Below are positions 1 to 11,372 of a stretch of 29,956 bases of DNA, piece after piece. The notes under the pieces are model-generated. The model was not told the origin of the DNA and did no database searches. It saw nothing but the letters and a program-made list of their open reading frames with translations. The translations under genes and the position numbers were made by a program. Every line of letters begins with the position of its first letter. Within the stretch, counting starts at the first letter, position 1. The stretch lies in the NCBI GenBank assembly GCA_043228905.1, contig JBHGNT010000383.1:1-29956 (forward strand), in the 5' to 3' direction. The DNA comes from Azolla caroliniana. Lineage: Eukaryota > Plantae > Polypodiophyta.

Positions 1-633
1 AACATTGAAACACTTATCTTGTTGAGCACGTGTGGATTCTTCTATTGTCATTAGGAGGGGGAGTTCCTAGTGTAGGAGTTGTTAAAGGGGAGAGCTATTT
101 GAAGGATTCCTTCAACTAATTAACTCCCACACATGTCTCTAGAAATTCCCATTCATAGTTCACACTGAAAACTTAAGTTCTTCATATATATACTTGGGCT
201 TGGAGGGTTCACACTACGTCAACCCCATGGGCCTTTCCCTTTCTAGTGTGCCCTATGTACATCAATCACGACTATACCCCCAAATGATAGATAGACAACA
301 TTCTTTTGGGACATTGCATTGACCACTACACAATGTAAAGAGGGTTGTATTACATATTATGAAAAATAAATGTAGTTCGACATATGTCAACTATAGGTTA
401 GTATGTTTGATGAGTAAGAATGGGTGATGGCCTAAAACTAAATACAATAAAAGAATATCACAAAATCTCATTAGAATCCCCCCCCCAAAAAAAATTTGAT
501 TTACAAAATCATCATATATACGTACGTGACGACGCTAAGCCCATAGTATGTTAATGCACATATGTGTATGCATGCATGTATGCGATGAGTGAGACCCATA
601 CGAGAAAAGAGAATGAAAGAAGACGCAACATTT

Positions 634-678
634 ATCCCACATACAAAGGAAGGCACATAGATTGAGCCATATATATAA
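634..678 (+). promoter_or_regulatory. Plant Pol III type-3 promoter (USE + TATA) of the SRP RNA gene
   Basis: ATCCCACATA at 634-643 resembles the plant USE consensus RTCCCACATCG. TATATATAA lies at 670-678, ~25 nt downstream (Pol III-type spacing), and the RNA starts ~30 nt after the TATA start. Confidence 0.8.
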
Positions 679-701
679 GTAAGTGGAAGAGAGAAGACTT
701 C

Positions 702-1024
702 ATCCCGGGTGGTTCTGTACCTGTAACCCTCACAAGGGGGGATTTGGAGGCTGTGTGGAGGCATGGCTCCGCTGGGCTAAGGACCGGCAGGCGGCGCATC
801 TGAATGGGCGCGCCCGCTCCAAGCAGAGAGTGTCGGTGGGCGTCTCGCCGGAGGGTGAGGCGTCCGGCGCCTTGAAGTGGTGGGGTACCGCGTGTAAGGC
901 CGGCGACGGAGCAGCGATCACCCCCCTCTCTCGGCGGTGGAGGGACCACGCTGCCCTTGCGCCCCTGCTGACCATCCTCTCAGAGCCGCCACTGTCCACC
1001 GCAGCCTCCCTCCAAAACCTTTTT
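702..1024 (+). ncRNA. 7SL: Signal recognition particle RNA (7SL/SRP RNA)
   Basis: Alu domain: 5' ATCC pairs with GGAT (740-743) and the TGTAA motif is followed by CCCT-cacaa-GGGG. Helix 5: GGAGGCTGTGTGGA pairs with TCCACCGCAGCCTCC. Helix 6: GGGCGTCTCGCC-GGAG-GGTGAGGCGTCC (838-865). Helix 8: TAAGG-CCG-GCGA-CGG-AGCAG (895-914). Length ~320 nt, ending in a T5 run. Confidence 0.92.
1020..1024 (+). terminator. Pol III oligo-T terminator
   Basis: TTTTT directly after the 3' strand of SRP helix 5. Confidence 0.75.
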
Positions 1025-1037
1025 GTTCATTTCTAAG

Positions 1038-1270
1038 CGCACTGTCCACCGCACTGCGTCTCAGGCCGGCGACGGTGGGTCATCACCCGCCCCCCTCTCT
1101 CGGCGGTGGAGGGACTACGGCGCCCCTACTGATCAACAAAACCTTTTTGCTCATTTAACTCTGTCCACCGCACTGCGTCCCAGGCCGGCGATCACCCCCC
1201 TCTCTCGGCGGTGGAGGGACTGACCATCCATCCCTCTTAGAGCCGCCACTGTCCACCGCAGCCTCCTTTA
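1038..1270 (+). repeat. Scrambled tandem duplications of SRP RNA 3'-half fragments
   Basis: CCCCCTCTCTCGGCGGTGGAGGGAC occurs at ~922, ~1091 and ~1196. CTGTCCACCGCA occurs four times, AGGCCGGCGA three times, and AAAACCTTTTTG recurs at ~1138. Confidence 0.85.
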
Positions 1271-1540
1271 CCCAATAAAACCTGTTGATACATGAATTAA
1301 AACATGTTCGAGTAGGCAACGGGAATGACTCTCAGCCTCTCCCATTACCCCAAAAACCTTGTCACATGGACATGGTTTAAAACATTAAAATTATCAATTT
1401 AATGGTTTTCTAAATTCGAGTAGGCATCTAAAATGGTGTCACAACCAAGAATGTTGAGTAGGACCATTGGGGGACTTAAACCAATTTGTGTACCAAGGAC
1501 GATCTCATACAATTCACCCTTCTATGTGTAGTATGGTTTG

Positions 1541-2007
1541 TGATAGGTTTTGATCCTCTTTCCAGAAGATTAAGATCGAATCGGAAATACACACAGTAAG
1601 TACCGTGGAAAACAAAAAATAGCAAAATGAACAAGGTACACAGTTTTTACATAGAAACCCTAAACGGGGAGAACCACAGGAGAACAGATCTTCACTATAC
1701 AGTGGGTATACAAGATTACAACATGCTCATTCAATGTAGAGTGTAACAGCCATGCAGGGCTCTTGACGTCTAAGCTCACTCAGCTTTGGCGTCGTTCCCC
1801 CTCGCTCACGTAGTCTCTCTTCCCTGTCACACACTCTATATACAACAGAGGCTCACAACAACTCTATCTGTTCTGCCCACACACTGTTTCATCAAACTAT
1901 GTTTTGCCCTATGTGTATTTATACTTATACATTGTATGAGCTATTTACAAATGTAGTCCATACTACTATCATTATACTTTTTTTTCATTGAAAGATTTTC
2001 TTCAATA
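1541..2007 (-). mobile_element. Degenerate Ty1/Copia (Tork-like) solo LTR
   Basis: Reads TG...TTCAATA (degenerate CA end). The minus strand has TATA GTATAAATACACATAGGGC and a U5-like CTGTGGTTCTCCCCGTTTAGGGTTTC motif, the same layout as LTR 16760-17267. No clean TSD was found. Confidence 0.5.
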
Positions 2008-2284
2008 GTATTAAACCATCGAGAAAGTACAAGTAAAAGTTATTTGCTCGTAGGCTTACAACGTAATTTATGTACACCTAAACTTGTACATACAAAAACA
2101 ACTTATATAGGGTTGTTGAGCCTTAAATGATACATTAACGTGTTGATTTTACATCAAGAAAGGGTCCATGGAAGATGATAATTCCATTGAGGTCTTTGGT
2201 TTGTCATTACAAAGAGAGGCACCTTCCTCCATAAGTGAAGAAGCTTCATCCTTCTTTTATGAATATTTTCTGGAGAACCAAACA

Positions 2285-2826
2285 TGTTATCTATCATTAT
2301 ATTGATAACAATATCAATCAATCGACTGGTCAATTCGACTAGCTGACTCTTATATCGATTGTCTAGTCGGTGTTGTCGTCAACCATCCAGTTGGCCCGAC
2401 TAGTTGGTCTTGTCCTTGACTTGGATCTTCTGTATACTGTCCATAGGAGGGACATTTCCTAACTGTTGAGAGACAAGCTCAACATCGGCCGGATCGGTAT
2501 TGGTACGCAGACCGGTGCGTAGGAAGGCCGGATCGGTGCAGAAACCGGGAGGCCATCAGAAAGATATTCCACAAGGAATATATTTGGGAGTTAGTGTAGG
2601 GGCTCCTTAATGAACATTGAAGTACTGTCAGTCCAAAAAGGACTTGTATAAAAGTGTTCATTAAACACACACGATACACAGATTGAGTATTATTTTTGAA
2701 TAGTGTTTTGGTTTTTTACTCTCTCTCTCTCTCTCCCGTGCATACTGTGCAAATCTAAGCTTTCCATTAAACCTGCGTTTTCTGTTGTTCGGTTTCCTAT
2801 ATTGCTTCCACACGCCATTCTTTTCA
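2285..2826 (+). repeat. 5' LTR of Copia A (~542 bp)
   Basis: TGTTAT...TTTCA directly followed by the PBS; internal TATAAAA and CT tract. The 5' boundary is inferred from TG only. Confidence 0.75.
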
Positions 2827-2838
2827 TGGTATCAGAGC
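2827..2838 (+). promoter_or_regulatory. Primer binding site, tRNA-iMet (Copia A)
   Basis: TGGTATCAGAGC. Confidence 0.92.
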
Positions 2839-2908
2839 GCGAGGGTTGAGAATCTCTGTAGTCGACATTGCTTGAAGGAAAAACTAACGAAGAAGAACAA
2901 GAAAACCG

Positions 2909-4309
2909 ATGGACAAAGGATTGGCTAGCTCACTTTCGACGGAGAAGCTCGACAGAACCAACTACGCATCTTGGTCCTACAAGATGCACCAGTACCTGCT
3001 TGGGCACGATTACTGGAGCTATGTCGAAGGAGCGAATGACACGACACCCGAATCGACACACAAAGACTTCCTGGCGTGGGAACAATCGGCGAGCAAAGTG
3101 CTGTACTATTTCGCGTCTTGTGTGGGCAAATAGCTATTAAGCTACGTTCGGGATGCAAAAACGCCGAAGGGTGCATGGGAAAATCTACATCGCGAGCACC
3201 ACAACCAGGAAGCTTCAGCTCCGAAAGGAGTTGAGCAACCTACGACAACGCGATTTGTCAGTGGCTGACTATACCTCAAAGATCAAGGACGTATGCGACT
3301 CCTTATTCGACTTACAGTCGATGTTCCTGGTAGAGGAGAATCACGCGGGTGCGTCAACGAGCACGTACACCGACAACAAGATGCTGTACATGGAGGGAGA
3401 TAGGCCCCGTGGGGGACGAGGTGAGTCGGTGCGCAATGGAGGCGACCGACGAGATCAAGGAAGGAGGCACCGAAATGGTGCCGACAGCAATTTCGGTTTG
3501 GAGAGGAAACCCGCCACGGAATGCTGGTACTGTGGCAAGAAAGGCCACAGGGAGAGTGAGTGCTGGAAAAAGCGCGTCAAGTTGGAGAGGACCGGCTCCG
3601 GATCTAGTTCCGGACATATCGACAAAGGAAAATGGCAGTGATCGCACTACACTGAAGGATCCGGACCCGATAAGAAGCACGAGGCAAACTCGATGAAGAA
3701 GACCACTTCCAAATCGGAGGAAGTGTGGTACGTTGATTTTGGTGCATCAAACGACATGACGAGCCACAAAGAGTGGTTCTCCTTCTTGGAGAAACCGGAA
3801 CAACCGGGAGTTGGAGAAACCGGAGACGACATTCCTCACCCAATCGTGCATGTCGAAGAAGTTCCCCTGAGCCACGTCGGACAGAGGGGGAAGTTGATGA
3901 ACGTGTTACACGTTCCGACTATCACGAAGAACCTGGTGTTGGTCGGACATATCGTCGACCAGGGAATGCAGGTGTAGTTTACGCACCTCAGGTGATTCAT
4001 CGAGGAGGAGGGCCAGATTATCGCGCAAGGGTGCAGAGATGGGAGGATGTTCATCCTCGACACTAATGACGTTGGCACTGCCTTGTTCGCCAAAGGACAG
4101 AAGGTCGAATCGGACATCGACCTGTGGCACAAGCGGATTAGCCACGTCAATTACTGGCGGCTTCAAGACTTGCAAACGAAACAAGTTGTTTTCGGTTTGC
4201 CGAAGTTTAGTGGCCGGAAGGCCCAAGTATGTGAAGCCTGCCAACTCGGGAAGCAACATCGGCTTCCATTCCCCGCCAAACAAAACCGTAGCCATAACAA
4301 GCTCGACAT
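2909..4309 (+). pseudogene. gag-pol: Copia A gag-PR-IN(N-terminal) polyprotein, degenerate
   Basis: EKLDRTNYASWSYKM; CWYCGKKGHRESEC; WYVDFGASNDMT (degenerate DSG); LWHKRISH...CEACQLGKQ. Several stops, frameshifts and an in-frame gag deletion. Confidence 0.9.
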
Positions 4310-5191
4310 TGTCGTAGTGTAATTTGTACACTACGTGAAAAATTACATTTTTGGTCTCTCCGGATAGGACATGGAGTACCCGGTGAGAACCGGTAAGGAC
4401 CGAAACCGGCAAGGAGACCCGGCAAGATCCGGATGAAGAAGGCCGGTGAGAGTCGGTGAGAAACAGACGAAGAGATCGGTAAGGAGGTCCCGGTAAGAAC
4501 CGGACAAAGAAAACTATCAAGCACTGGATGAAGCAGAACCGGAAAGAGCCGGATGAAGAAGGCCGGTGAGAGTATCTCATCGGATGAAGATACGTATTTG
4601 TAAATAGAAGAAAGTATAAAATATATATATATATAACATGCATAGGGAAAGATTCGAACCTTGCACCTCCATGTTAATAATGTTAAGCCTTATCATTATA
4701 GTAGGGTATTATGAATTTTAAAGTTATACTAAACTTTATTCCATGTAAAATTTCTAGACATGCATGGTACAAAAGTTATTCATGCATAGACACTCGAGTT
4801 AAAAAGAAAAGATGAGATATAAAGCTAATCATGCACATGCAGTGTACATGAAAACTAAAGATAGAAAAAGTATGATGCTTGCATGTGATAAACTGAGACT
4901 CTTCCAACACTATATAAGGAAGAGAGAAAGATGTATAGAGGTTGTTGATTATTTTACAAGGGTTGATTAATATAAGATAATTGTGGGATTCACGAATTTG
5001 CTAACTATTCTCTCTTAATTTGATTACTCACTAATACACTATACTCGTGGGATTCACGAAGTTTTCATATTTTTCTTTCTTACAATATATTTCATATTCT
5101 TAATTGACTTAGAATTTTCTTTTGTCTTAGTCCAAAACCCCAGTGGTTCCCACCCGACTCACGCAACGATCCGGAGCCGAAAGGCACAACA
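4310..5191 (+). repeat. 5' LTR of Gypsy B (882 bp)
   Basis: Near-identical to 15342-16669 apart from the insert; CCGG-rich U3 with a 120-bp internal duplication. Confidence 0.95.
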
Positions 5192-5195
5192 CAAG

Positions 5196-5213
5196 TGGTG
5201 AACCCGACGTGAA
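5196..5213 (+). promoter_or_regulatory. Primer binding site, tRNA-Trp (Gypsy B)
   Basis: TGGTGAACCCGACGTGAA is complementary to the plant tRNA-Trp 3' end (...UUCACGUCGGGUUCACCA); 4 nt after the LTR. Confidence 0.88.
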
Positions 5214-5229
5214 CACGAGTGGCAAGGAG

Positions 5230-6885
5230 ATGGAAAATCAACCGGAGGCTAACAACATGATGATGATGTTCGAGCGGATGCTTCAAGAACAACGTGCGAT
5301 GTCGGAGATAGCGGCGACAGTAGAGCGGCTCGTGCAACGGTCGGGCAATTCAACGGGAAGGACGTATTGCGCTATCTTCGGGACTACAAGGCAGAAATGC
5401 TACGGTGTGGGATTTCGGAAGGACTGCAAGTGGCATCCTTCAACCGGGTGGCTACTGACGGGCTTCAAGCAAGTATCCACGGGCTACGACAACAAAATCC
5501 GACATGGGAAGCGTTTGAAGAGGCGCTAAAGACCACGTTCGCTATCGAGGACTCCTCCAAGGCAACGCGGAGAGGATTCGAGGATTGGGTGGAAACGCCG
5601 GACAAGGGTATGAAGGTCCTCGATGTGTTTTCGGCATTCGAAAGTCAGTTCGGGAGGTTGTTTGCGAGAGATCAAGCTATCCTCACACCGGACAAAGTTA
5701 TCATGTTCTTACGAGCCGTAGATGTCCGGGACCAGAAGGATCTTGGAGTGCTTCTAGAGGACATGACTACCGAGAGTGGCCTCACCGAAACATGGGAAAG
5801 CGTGCGGGATATCGTCGCGCGATACACAAAGAGGGGGCAATGGCTTGCCAATGAAGAAAAGAGGGTTTCGGAACCGATTCCGAAACCGAGATCCGGTTCG
5901 GAAGACCATCAACCGCGGGCTCGGGAAGCTACGACTGAGAAGGGAATCGACGCAACTACAGAGGAGCAGTTGCTGAAGGAGATGGAGAATCTAAAAATTG
6001 CGATGGTGAAGAAGTCGGATGACCGTCCCACAAGTTCCAAGTATATGGATCGTCGATGCATATGGTGCGATAGCACCGAACATGATCGGAGGGATTGCGA
6101 CGAGCACAAGGAAGCGCTACGACAGGATCTTATCTACTACGAGGGAAATCAGACTCATTCGATGGACTCTCGGAAGTCGCTCCGACCGAACTTCCGAAAA
6201 GGCGGCATAAAGAAGGTCCTAGAGGAGGAAATAGCGGCGAAGAACAATTACGCGACAACCACGGGAATACGTGTCGGGGAGTCATCGGGAGCAAAGGTGT
6301 CTTTTTGGCCGGAAGTGCTAGAAAACACCGAGAAAACCGACTCTAATGAGATCCGAAGCACCGCAGAAGGCATTTGCGAAGCTACGGGAGGGGAGTGCCC
6401 CGTCGATAAGAATAGCGTGTTTGCTTTATGCCAATTGCATGAAGTGTATGTAGATGAGAAGCGACGGCGCACGGATGAGGAGGCCGGTCCATCGAAGACA
6501 CCGGAAAGCTGGAACTCCAGAAATAAGGGAAAAGAAAAGATGATTCCAGCATTCAAGCTCGCCTTGGACATCGAACAACAAACGGACTTGAAAAAGGTGT
6601 TCGAGGAGAGAATCCTCGATAGCCGGGTAGATTTTTCGCTTCGAGAATTACTCGGAATAGCAAAGAAGGAGTTCCACGATCTTCTTGTGGATCTCGTGAA
6701 GAGAAAAAGGCAAAGTACGGAGGAGAACGCTCCCAGGGTGAATGCAAATACTGTTCTAATGAATGACACCGAATTGGAGGACGAAATACCGAATTCTCAC
6801 TACACAAAGCCACACTGGGCACGCGCAACTACGGAGACTCTAGTCCAAATCGGTAACATCAAAGAGCCCGTGCTAGCATTGATTG
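5230..6885 (+). pseudogene. gag: Gypsy B ORF1 gag-protease, 5' part
   Basis: Collinear with intact ORF1 of Gypsy C; knuckle CIWCDSTEHDRRDC; frameshift near 5335; broken at ALI(D) by Copia F. Confidence 0.9.
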
Positions 6886-7185
6886 TGTTGAGAATCAAGC
6901 TCAACTTGGTCTAGTGTGTGAACTCACCTTGAGAGTGAAGAGACACTCCAACGGTCAAGAGTCACCATTATGTCACCACTTTGTATTCTAACATTTAGTA
7001 TGAGTCATAGAATCATATTCTATGACACATAACTTATGAGCTTTCACATTCCCCATGCTCCATGAGCTTTGTAGTTAATGAAGAGAGAGGGTGACTACAT
7101 AAAGCACCCTCCTCCCACCTTGTATAGAGTTGAGTCTTTCTCCTTTGCTAATATACTTTACCTTGTGTATTCTCTGTGTATTACT

Positions 7186-7231
<46 letters not shown>

Positions 7232-7287
7232 CACACACAGTTCACACCTATTCCGCTTCACAAGAATCCATCTCTTGATTCTTTACA
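6886..7287 (+). repeat. 5' LTR of Copia F (402 bp), containing a (CT)n microsatellite at ~7189-7228
   Basis: TGTTGAGA...TTTACA followed by the PBS. Confidence 0.88.
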
Positions 7288-7299
7288 TGGTATCAGAGC
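7288..7299 (+). promoter_or_regulatory. Primer binding site, tRNA-iMet (Copia F)
   Basis: TGGTATCAGAGC. Confidence 0.92.
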
Positions 7300-7443
7300 G
7301 ATTTGGTAGCTCGATCTAGCCCATTCGCCTCATCGTGATCGTGTGTTGTGCTCCACGCTGACGACCAAGAACTGGCTCATCGCTATCGTAGCTTCGCTAC
7401 ATAGCTCGCATTCGAAGAGAGAAAAAGAAGAAGAATCGACATA

Positions 7444-10400
7444 ATGAATACTCAAATGGGGAGCGCTCTCCCTACCGAGAAGTTGGATCGAAACAACTTC
7501 GGATCTTAGGAGTACAAGATGCACCAATACCTTGTCGGACAAGGCTATTGGAGCTACATCAAAGGAGCACATGAAGACCGACCCGCCGAAGCGGCTCCTG
7601 GATACGTGACATGGGAGCAAGCCGCAAGCCGCGTGATGTATTGCTTGGCGACATGTGTTCATGATCACATGCTCGGCTACATTCGTGAAGCCAAGACGCC
7701 GAAGGAAGCGTGGGAAAATCTACGAAAGATTTTCGCCGCCAACACGACCGCGAGGAAGCTTCAACTCCGCCAAGAGTTGAACAACATTCAACAAAGGGAC
7801 ATGTCCATCACGACATACACCTTGAAGATCAAGGAGCTTTGCGACTCGCTCGGCTCAATAAGCGTAAGTATAGATGATGATGAGATGGTGCAAATATGCC
7901 TCGGCGGCCTCGCACCACGGTTCGGCGCGATGCGAACCGCCGTTCTAGCACGGGAGAAATCTCCATCCTTCTTCGAGCTCCAATCAATGCTATTGGTCGA
8001 AGAAAACCACGTGCGTACAAGGAGCAATGAGTCGGAAGGCCACATGCTCTACACGCACTCTAATGGAGGAAGAGGACGCGGACGAGCGAGAGGCCGATTC
8101 GGCCAAGGACAAGGTGGACGAGGTCCGACCTACAACAACAACTCCCAATTTCGGCCGCAAAACGGAGGCCAACGAGGAACCTTCGCAAGAAGGGGGAGCT
8201 TCCAATCCGGCCCGAGCCGTCAAAACGCAACCGAATGCGGATATTGTGGAAAGCTCGGCCACCACGAAGAAGAGTGCCGAAAGAAGATGCGTGAATCGGC
8301 TTCCACAAGCCGACAACTCACAAATTACGCACACAATTCTGACTACGAAGAGTATACGGAATGTATGGGAACAACTCCGACTACGAAAATCGTGGCGGAA
8401 TGTATGCATGGAACTCCGACCGTGGCGGAATGTTCATGATGAAACATAGAGCAAACTCTATGTCGGCCTCTACCTCAACTAGTGCCCTTAATCCGGAGGA
8501 AGTATGGTTTGTAGACTCCGGAGCCTCAAACCATATGACATCCCATAAAGAATGGTTTCTCGAACTTCGAGAGCCGGAGCGACCCGGTTATGTCGAAACT
8601 GGAGATGACACTACGCACCCGATTCGGCACATCGGCAATGTTCCGTTCGGCGAAAGAGGTAAGCAAACATATATTAAAAATGTCTTGCATGTTCCCACCA
8701 TCACAAAGAATTTGGTCTCGGTCAGCTAAATGGTTGAGCAAGGGATGCAAGTACGATTCGACCAAGAAGGGTGCTTCATCGAAAAAGAAGGCCGGATCAT
8801 CGCACGCGGAAGAAGAGAGGGCTGGATGTTCATTCTCGATCCGCACGAATTGAAATCCGCCATGTTCGCGAAAAGCATGAAAGCCGACTCCGACATAGAG
8901 CTATGGCATAAGCGAATCGGCCACATCAATCTCAACAAACTCAAAGCAATGAGATCGAAAGGAGTCGTTATCGGACTCCCGACATTCAAAGAGAAGGAGA
9001 TTGAAGGTGTATGCGAAGCGTGCCAATTCGGCAAGCAACACCGACACCCATTCCCGAAGGAGCGGAATGTGAGCAAAGGTGTACTCGACGTAATTCATTC
9101 CGCTGTATGGGGACTAGCCCAAACGGCGACATTCGGCGGATGCCGATATTACGTGCTCTTCATCGACGACTTTTCTAGGCACACTTGGATCTATCCGATG
9201 CGGCAAAAGAGCGAAGTCTTCGGACACTTCCAAAAGCTCAAGAATGAGGTCGAGAAAGCCATGGGCCGACATGTACGATGCCTTCGATCGGATGGCGGCA
9301 AGGAGTATTTCTCGGATGATTTCACGGCGTATCTCTGAAAGGAAGGAATTCGGCGAGAATTCACTTGCCGACACACTCCGCAACAAAACGGAGTAACCGA
9401 GCGCAAAAATCGGCACATCCTCGAAGTAGCGCGGGCCATGATGAACGAGAAGCATATGCCCAAGTCATATTGGGCTGAAGCGGCAAATATGGCTGTCTAC
9501 CTAATGAACCGGTGCACAACATCTGACGTGCACGAGGTCACTCCGCACGAAAGATTCTTTGGAAAGAAGCCGAACCTATCACATGTTCGGATATTCGGCT
9601 CCATTGCGTACGTGGACATCCTCGATGAGAAGTGTGAAAAGCTCGACCCGAAGTTGGAGAAATGTATCCTCGTAGGATACTCATTGGAGCAAAAGGGGTA
9701 CAAGTGCTACAACCCCTCAACTCGAAAATCTTGGGTAAGTCGAGACGTCGTCTTTGACGAGTTCGCATCCTGGTACGCACCAGAGACAACTTCGCCTCCG
9801 ACTCCGCTCGACCCAGAATCCACCGAACAAGAGATAGAGGATGAAGATCATCTTACGCGCATGTTCGAAGAAAGTACGATCACGACCCGACTGAGCGGAC
9901 CACAAGAGCCTTTGAGCGATCAAAGCACATCACGGCCTAGCCCGAAGATGGACAAAGGCAAGGCGAAAATGGCGGAATACGAAGACGATTGCTTCACCGA
10001 CAATGAGTCAACTCACTCACTCGACAGTGAGTTCGGCAGTTTCAAGGTACCAATCGGAGCAAAGAAAGCCCTCATCTCTGCAAATGAAAAGCTCCACCGA
10101 TCCACTCGGGAAAAGAACCCCGTAAGCCGATTCGGCTACAATGATTATATGGCGCACCATTACGCCTTTATGATGAAGGTAGCAACAGTACAGGAGCCGG
10201 AAACCTTTTCCGAAGCTGTGAAGGACCCGCGATGGATCGAAGCAATGACCGAGGAGATGCAAGCACTACGGAAGAACGAGACATGGGATCTTGTTCCCAC
10301 CTCACCGCACAAAAAGGCGATCGGATGCAGATGGATCTACAAAGTGAAGTACAACGCGGACGGTTCCGTCAACCGCTACAAAGCTTGACTCGTAGCGAAA

Positions 10401-11372
10401 GGATACGCTCAGACACATGGCGTCGACTACGAAGAAACCTTTGCACCAGTGGCAAAGATGACGACGGTGCGGACCGTAATTGCGATTGCCGCGGCGAAAG
10501 GGTGGCACCTCCATCAGATGGACGTCAAGAACGCCTTTCTACAAGGCGAATTAGAAGAGGAGGTGTACATGATCCAACCACCCGGCTTCAACTCGAGCAC
10601 CCATCCGAAAGCTGTATGCCAACTCAAGAAGCCACTCTACGGCCTCAAGCAAGCACCGCGTGCTTGGCATTCGAAGATAACGCAATATCTTCATCAAATC
10701 GGCTTCCGTATGTCAAAATCGGACAACTCCCTCTACATACGAAGCGATTCCGCAAATCCGATCGTCATCATTTTATATGTGGATGACCTAGTCATTGGAG
10801 GTGAGCATCTTGTCGAAATCAGTAAGGTCAAATCCCTCCTTTCCGACAAGTTCAAGATGATGGACATGAAGGAGCTCCACTACTTCCTCGGCATCGAGGT
10901 AATTCGGACTCCGGCCGGAATTATGATCTCTCAACGGCACTACATCCTCAACTTGTTATACAAGTTCGGGATGGCTGAGTGCAAATCCGTGGCAACCCCG
11001 CTCGATCGTAATCTCAAACTAGATGCGAACTCCGGCACCAAAGCGTGTGAGCCGACTCAGTATCGGCAACTCATCGGGAGTCTCCTCTACCTCACGATCA
11101 CTCGACCCGATCTCAGTTATCCGATCGGTCTCCTTAGCCAATTCATGCAAACACCGCGTGATACTCACTTGGATTGTGCTAAGTGAGTTCTGCGATACGT
11201 GAGCGGCACAATGGATTGCGACATCCTCTACAAGACCGCAATGCCAATACGACTCAAGGGGTACACCGACGCCGATTGGGCCGGCTACAAAGCCAATAGA
11301 AGATCAACCTCCGGATTTGTTTTCTCCCTCGGCAGCAGAGCAATATCTTGGAGTAGCAAGAAGCAGCCTACA
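7444..11372 (+). pseudogene. gag-pol: Copia F gag-pol polyprotein, degenerate and 3'-truncated
   Basis: CGYCGKLGHHEEEC; WFVDSGASNHMT; LWHKRIGH..CEAC; FIDDFSR..LRSDGGKEY; QMDVKNAFL; LYGLKQAPRAW; YVDD; YTDADWAG. Stops at ~7507, 8727, 9336, 10386 and 11184, plus a frameshift near 8360. Confidence 0.93.

Larger units (their letters stand above)
2285..4309 (+). mobile_element. Ty1/Copia element A, 5' part (interrupted by Gypsy B; continues at 16670-16759)
   Basis: 5' LTR, tRNA-iMet PBS, gag, CCHC knuckle, protease and integrase HHCC in Copia order. Confidence 0.92.
6886..11372 (+). mobile_element. Ty1/Copia element F nested in the Gypsy B protease, lacking the RNase H C-terminus, PPT and 3' LTR
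   Basis: LTR, PBS and gag-PR-IN-RT-RH; ends at WSSKKQPT, after which Gypsy EINLMSK resumes. Confidence 0.93.

Noticed and set aside
1-480. Possible degraded coding or TE remnant on the minus strand
   Set aside because: Many stops and no motif I can assign with confidence
702-1024. Telomerase RNA (TAACCCT after a USE/TATA promoter)
   Set aside because: TGTAACCC is the SRP Alu motif, helices 6 and 8 identify SRP, and there is no CTAAACCCT template
917-1220. CRISPR-like repeats
   Set aside because: Irregular spacing, intervening sequences are themselves repeated SRP pieces, and the context is eukaryotic
683-1223. Short ORFs over the GC-rich block
   Set aside because: They overlap the SRP RNA gene and its duplications, have no protein motifs, and are expected from GC richness
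3906-4643. 245-aa antisense ORF and other antisense ORFs over gag/pol and LTRs
   Set aside because: This ORF crosses an insertion junction; the others mirror coding frames or low-complexity LTR sequence
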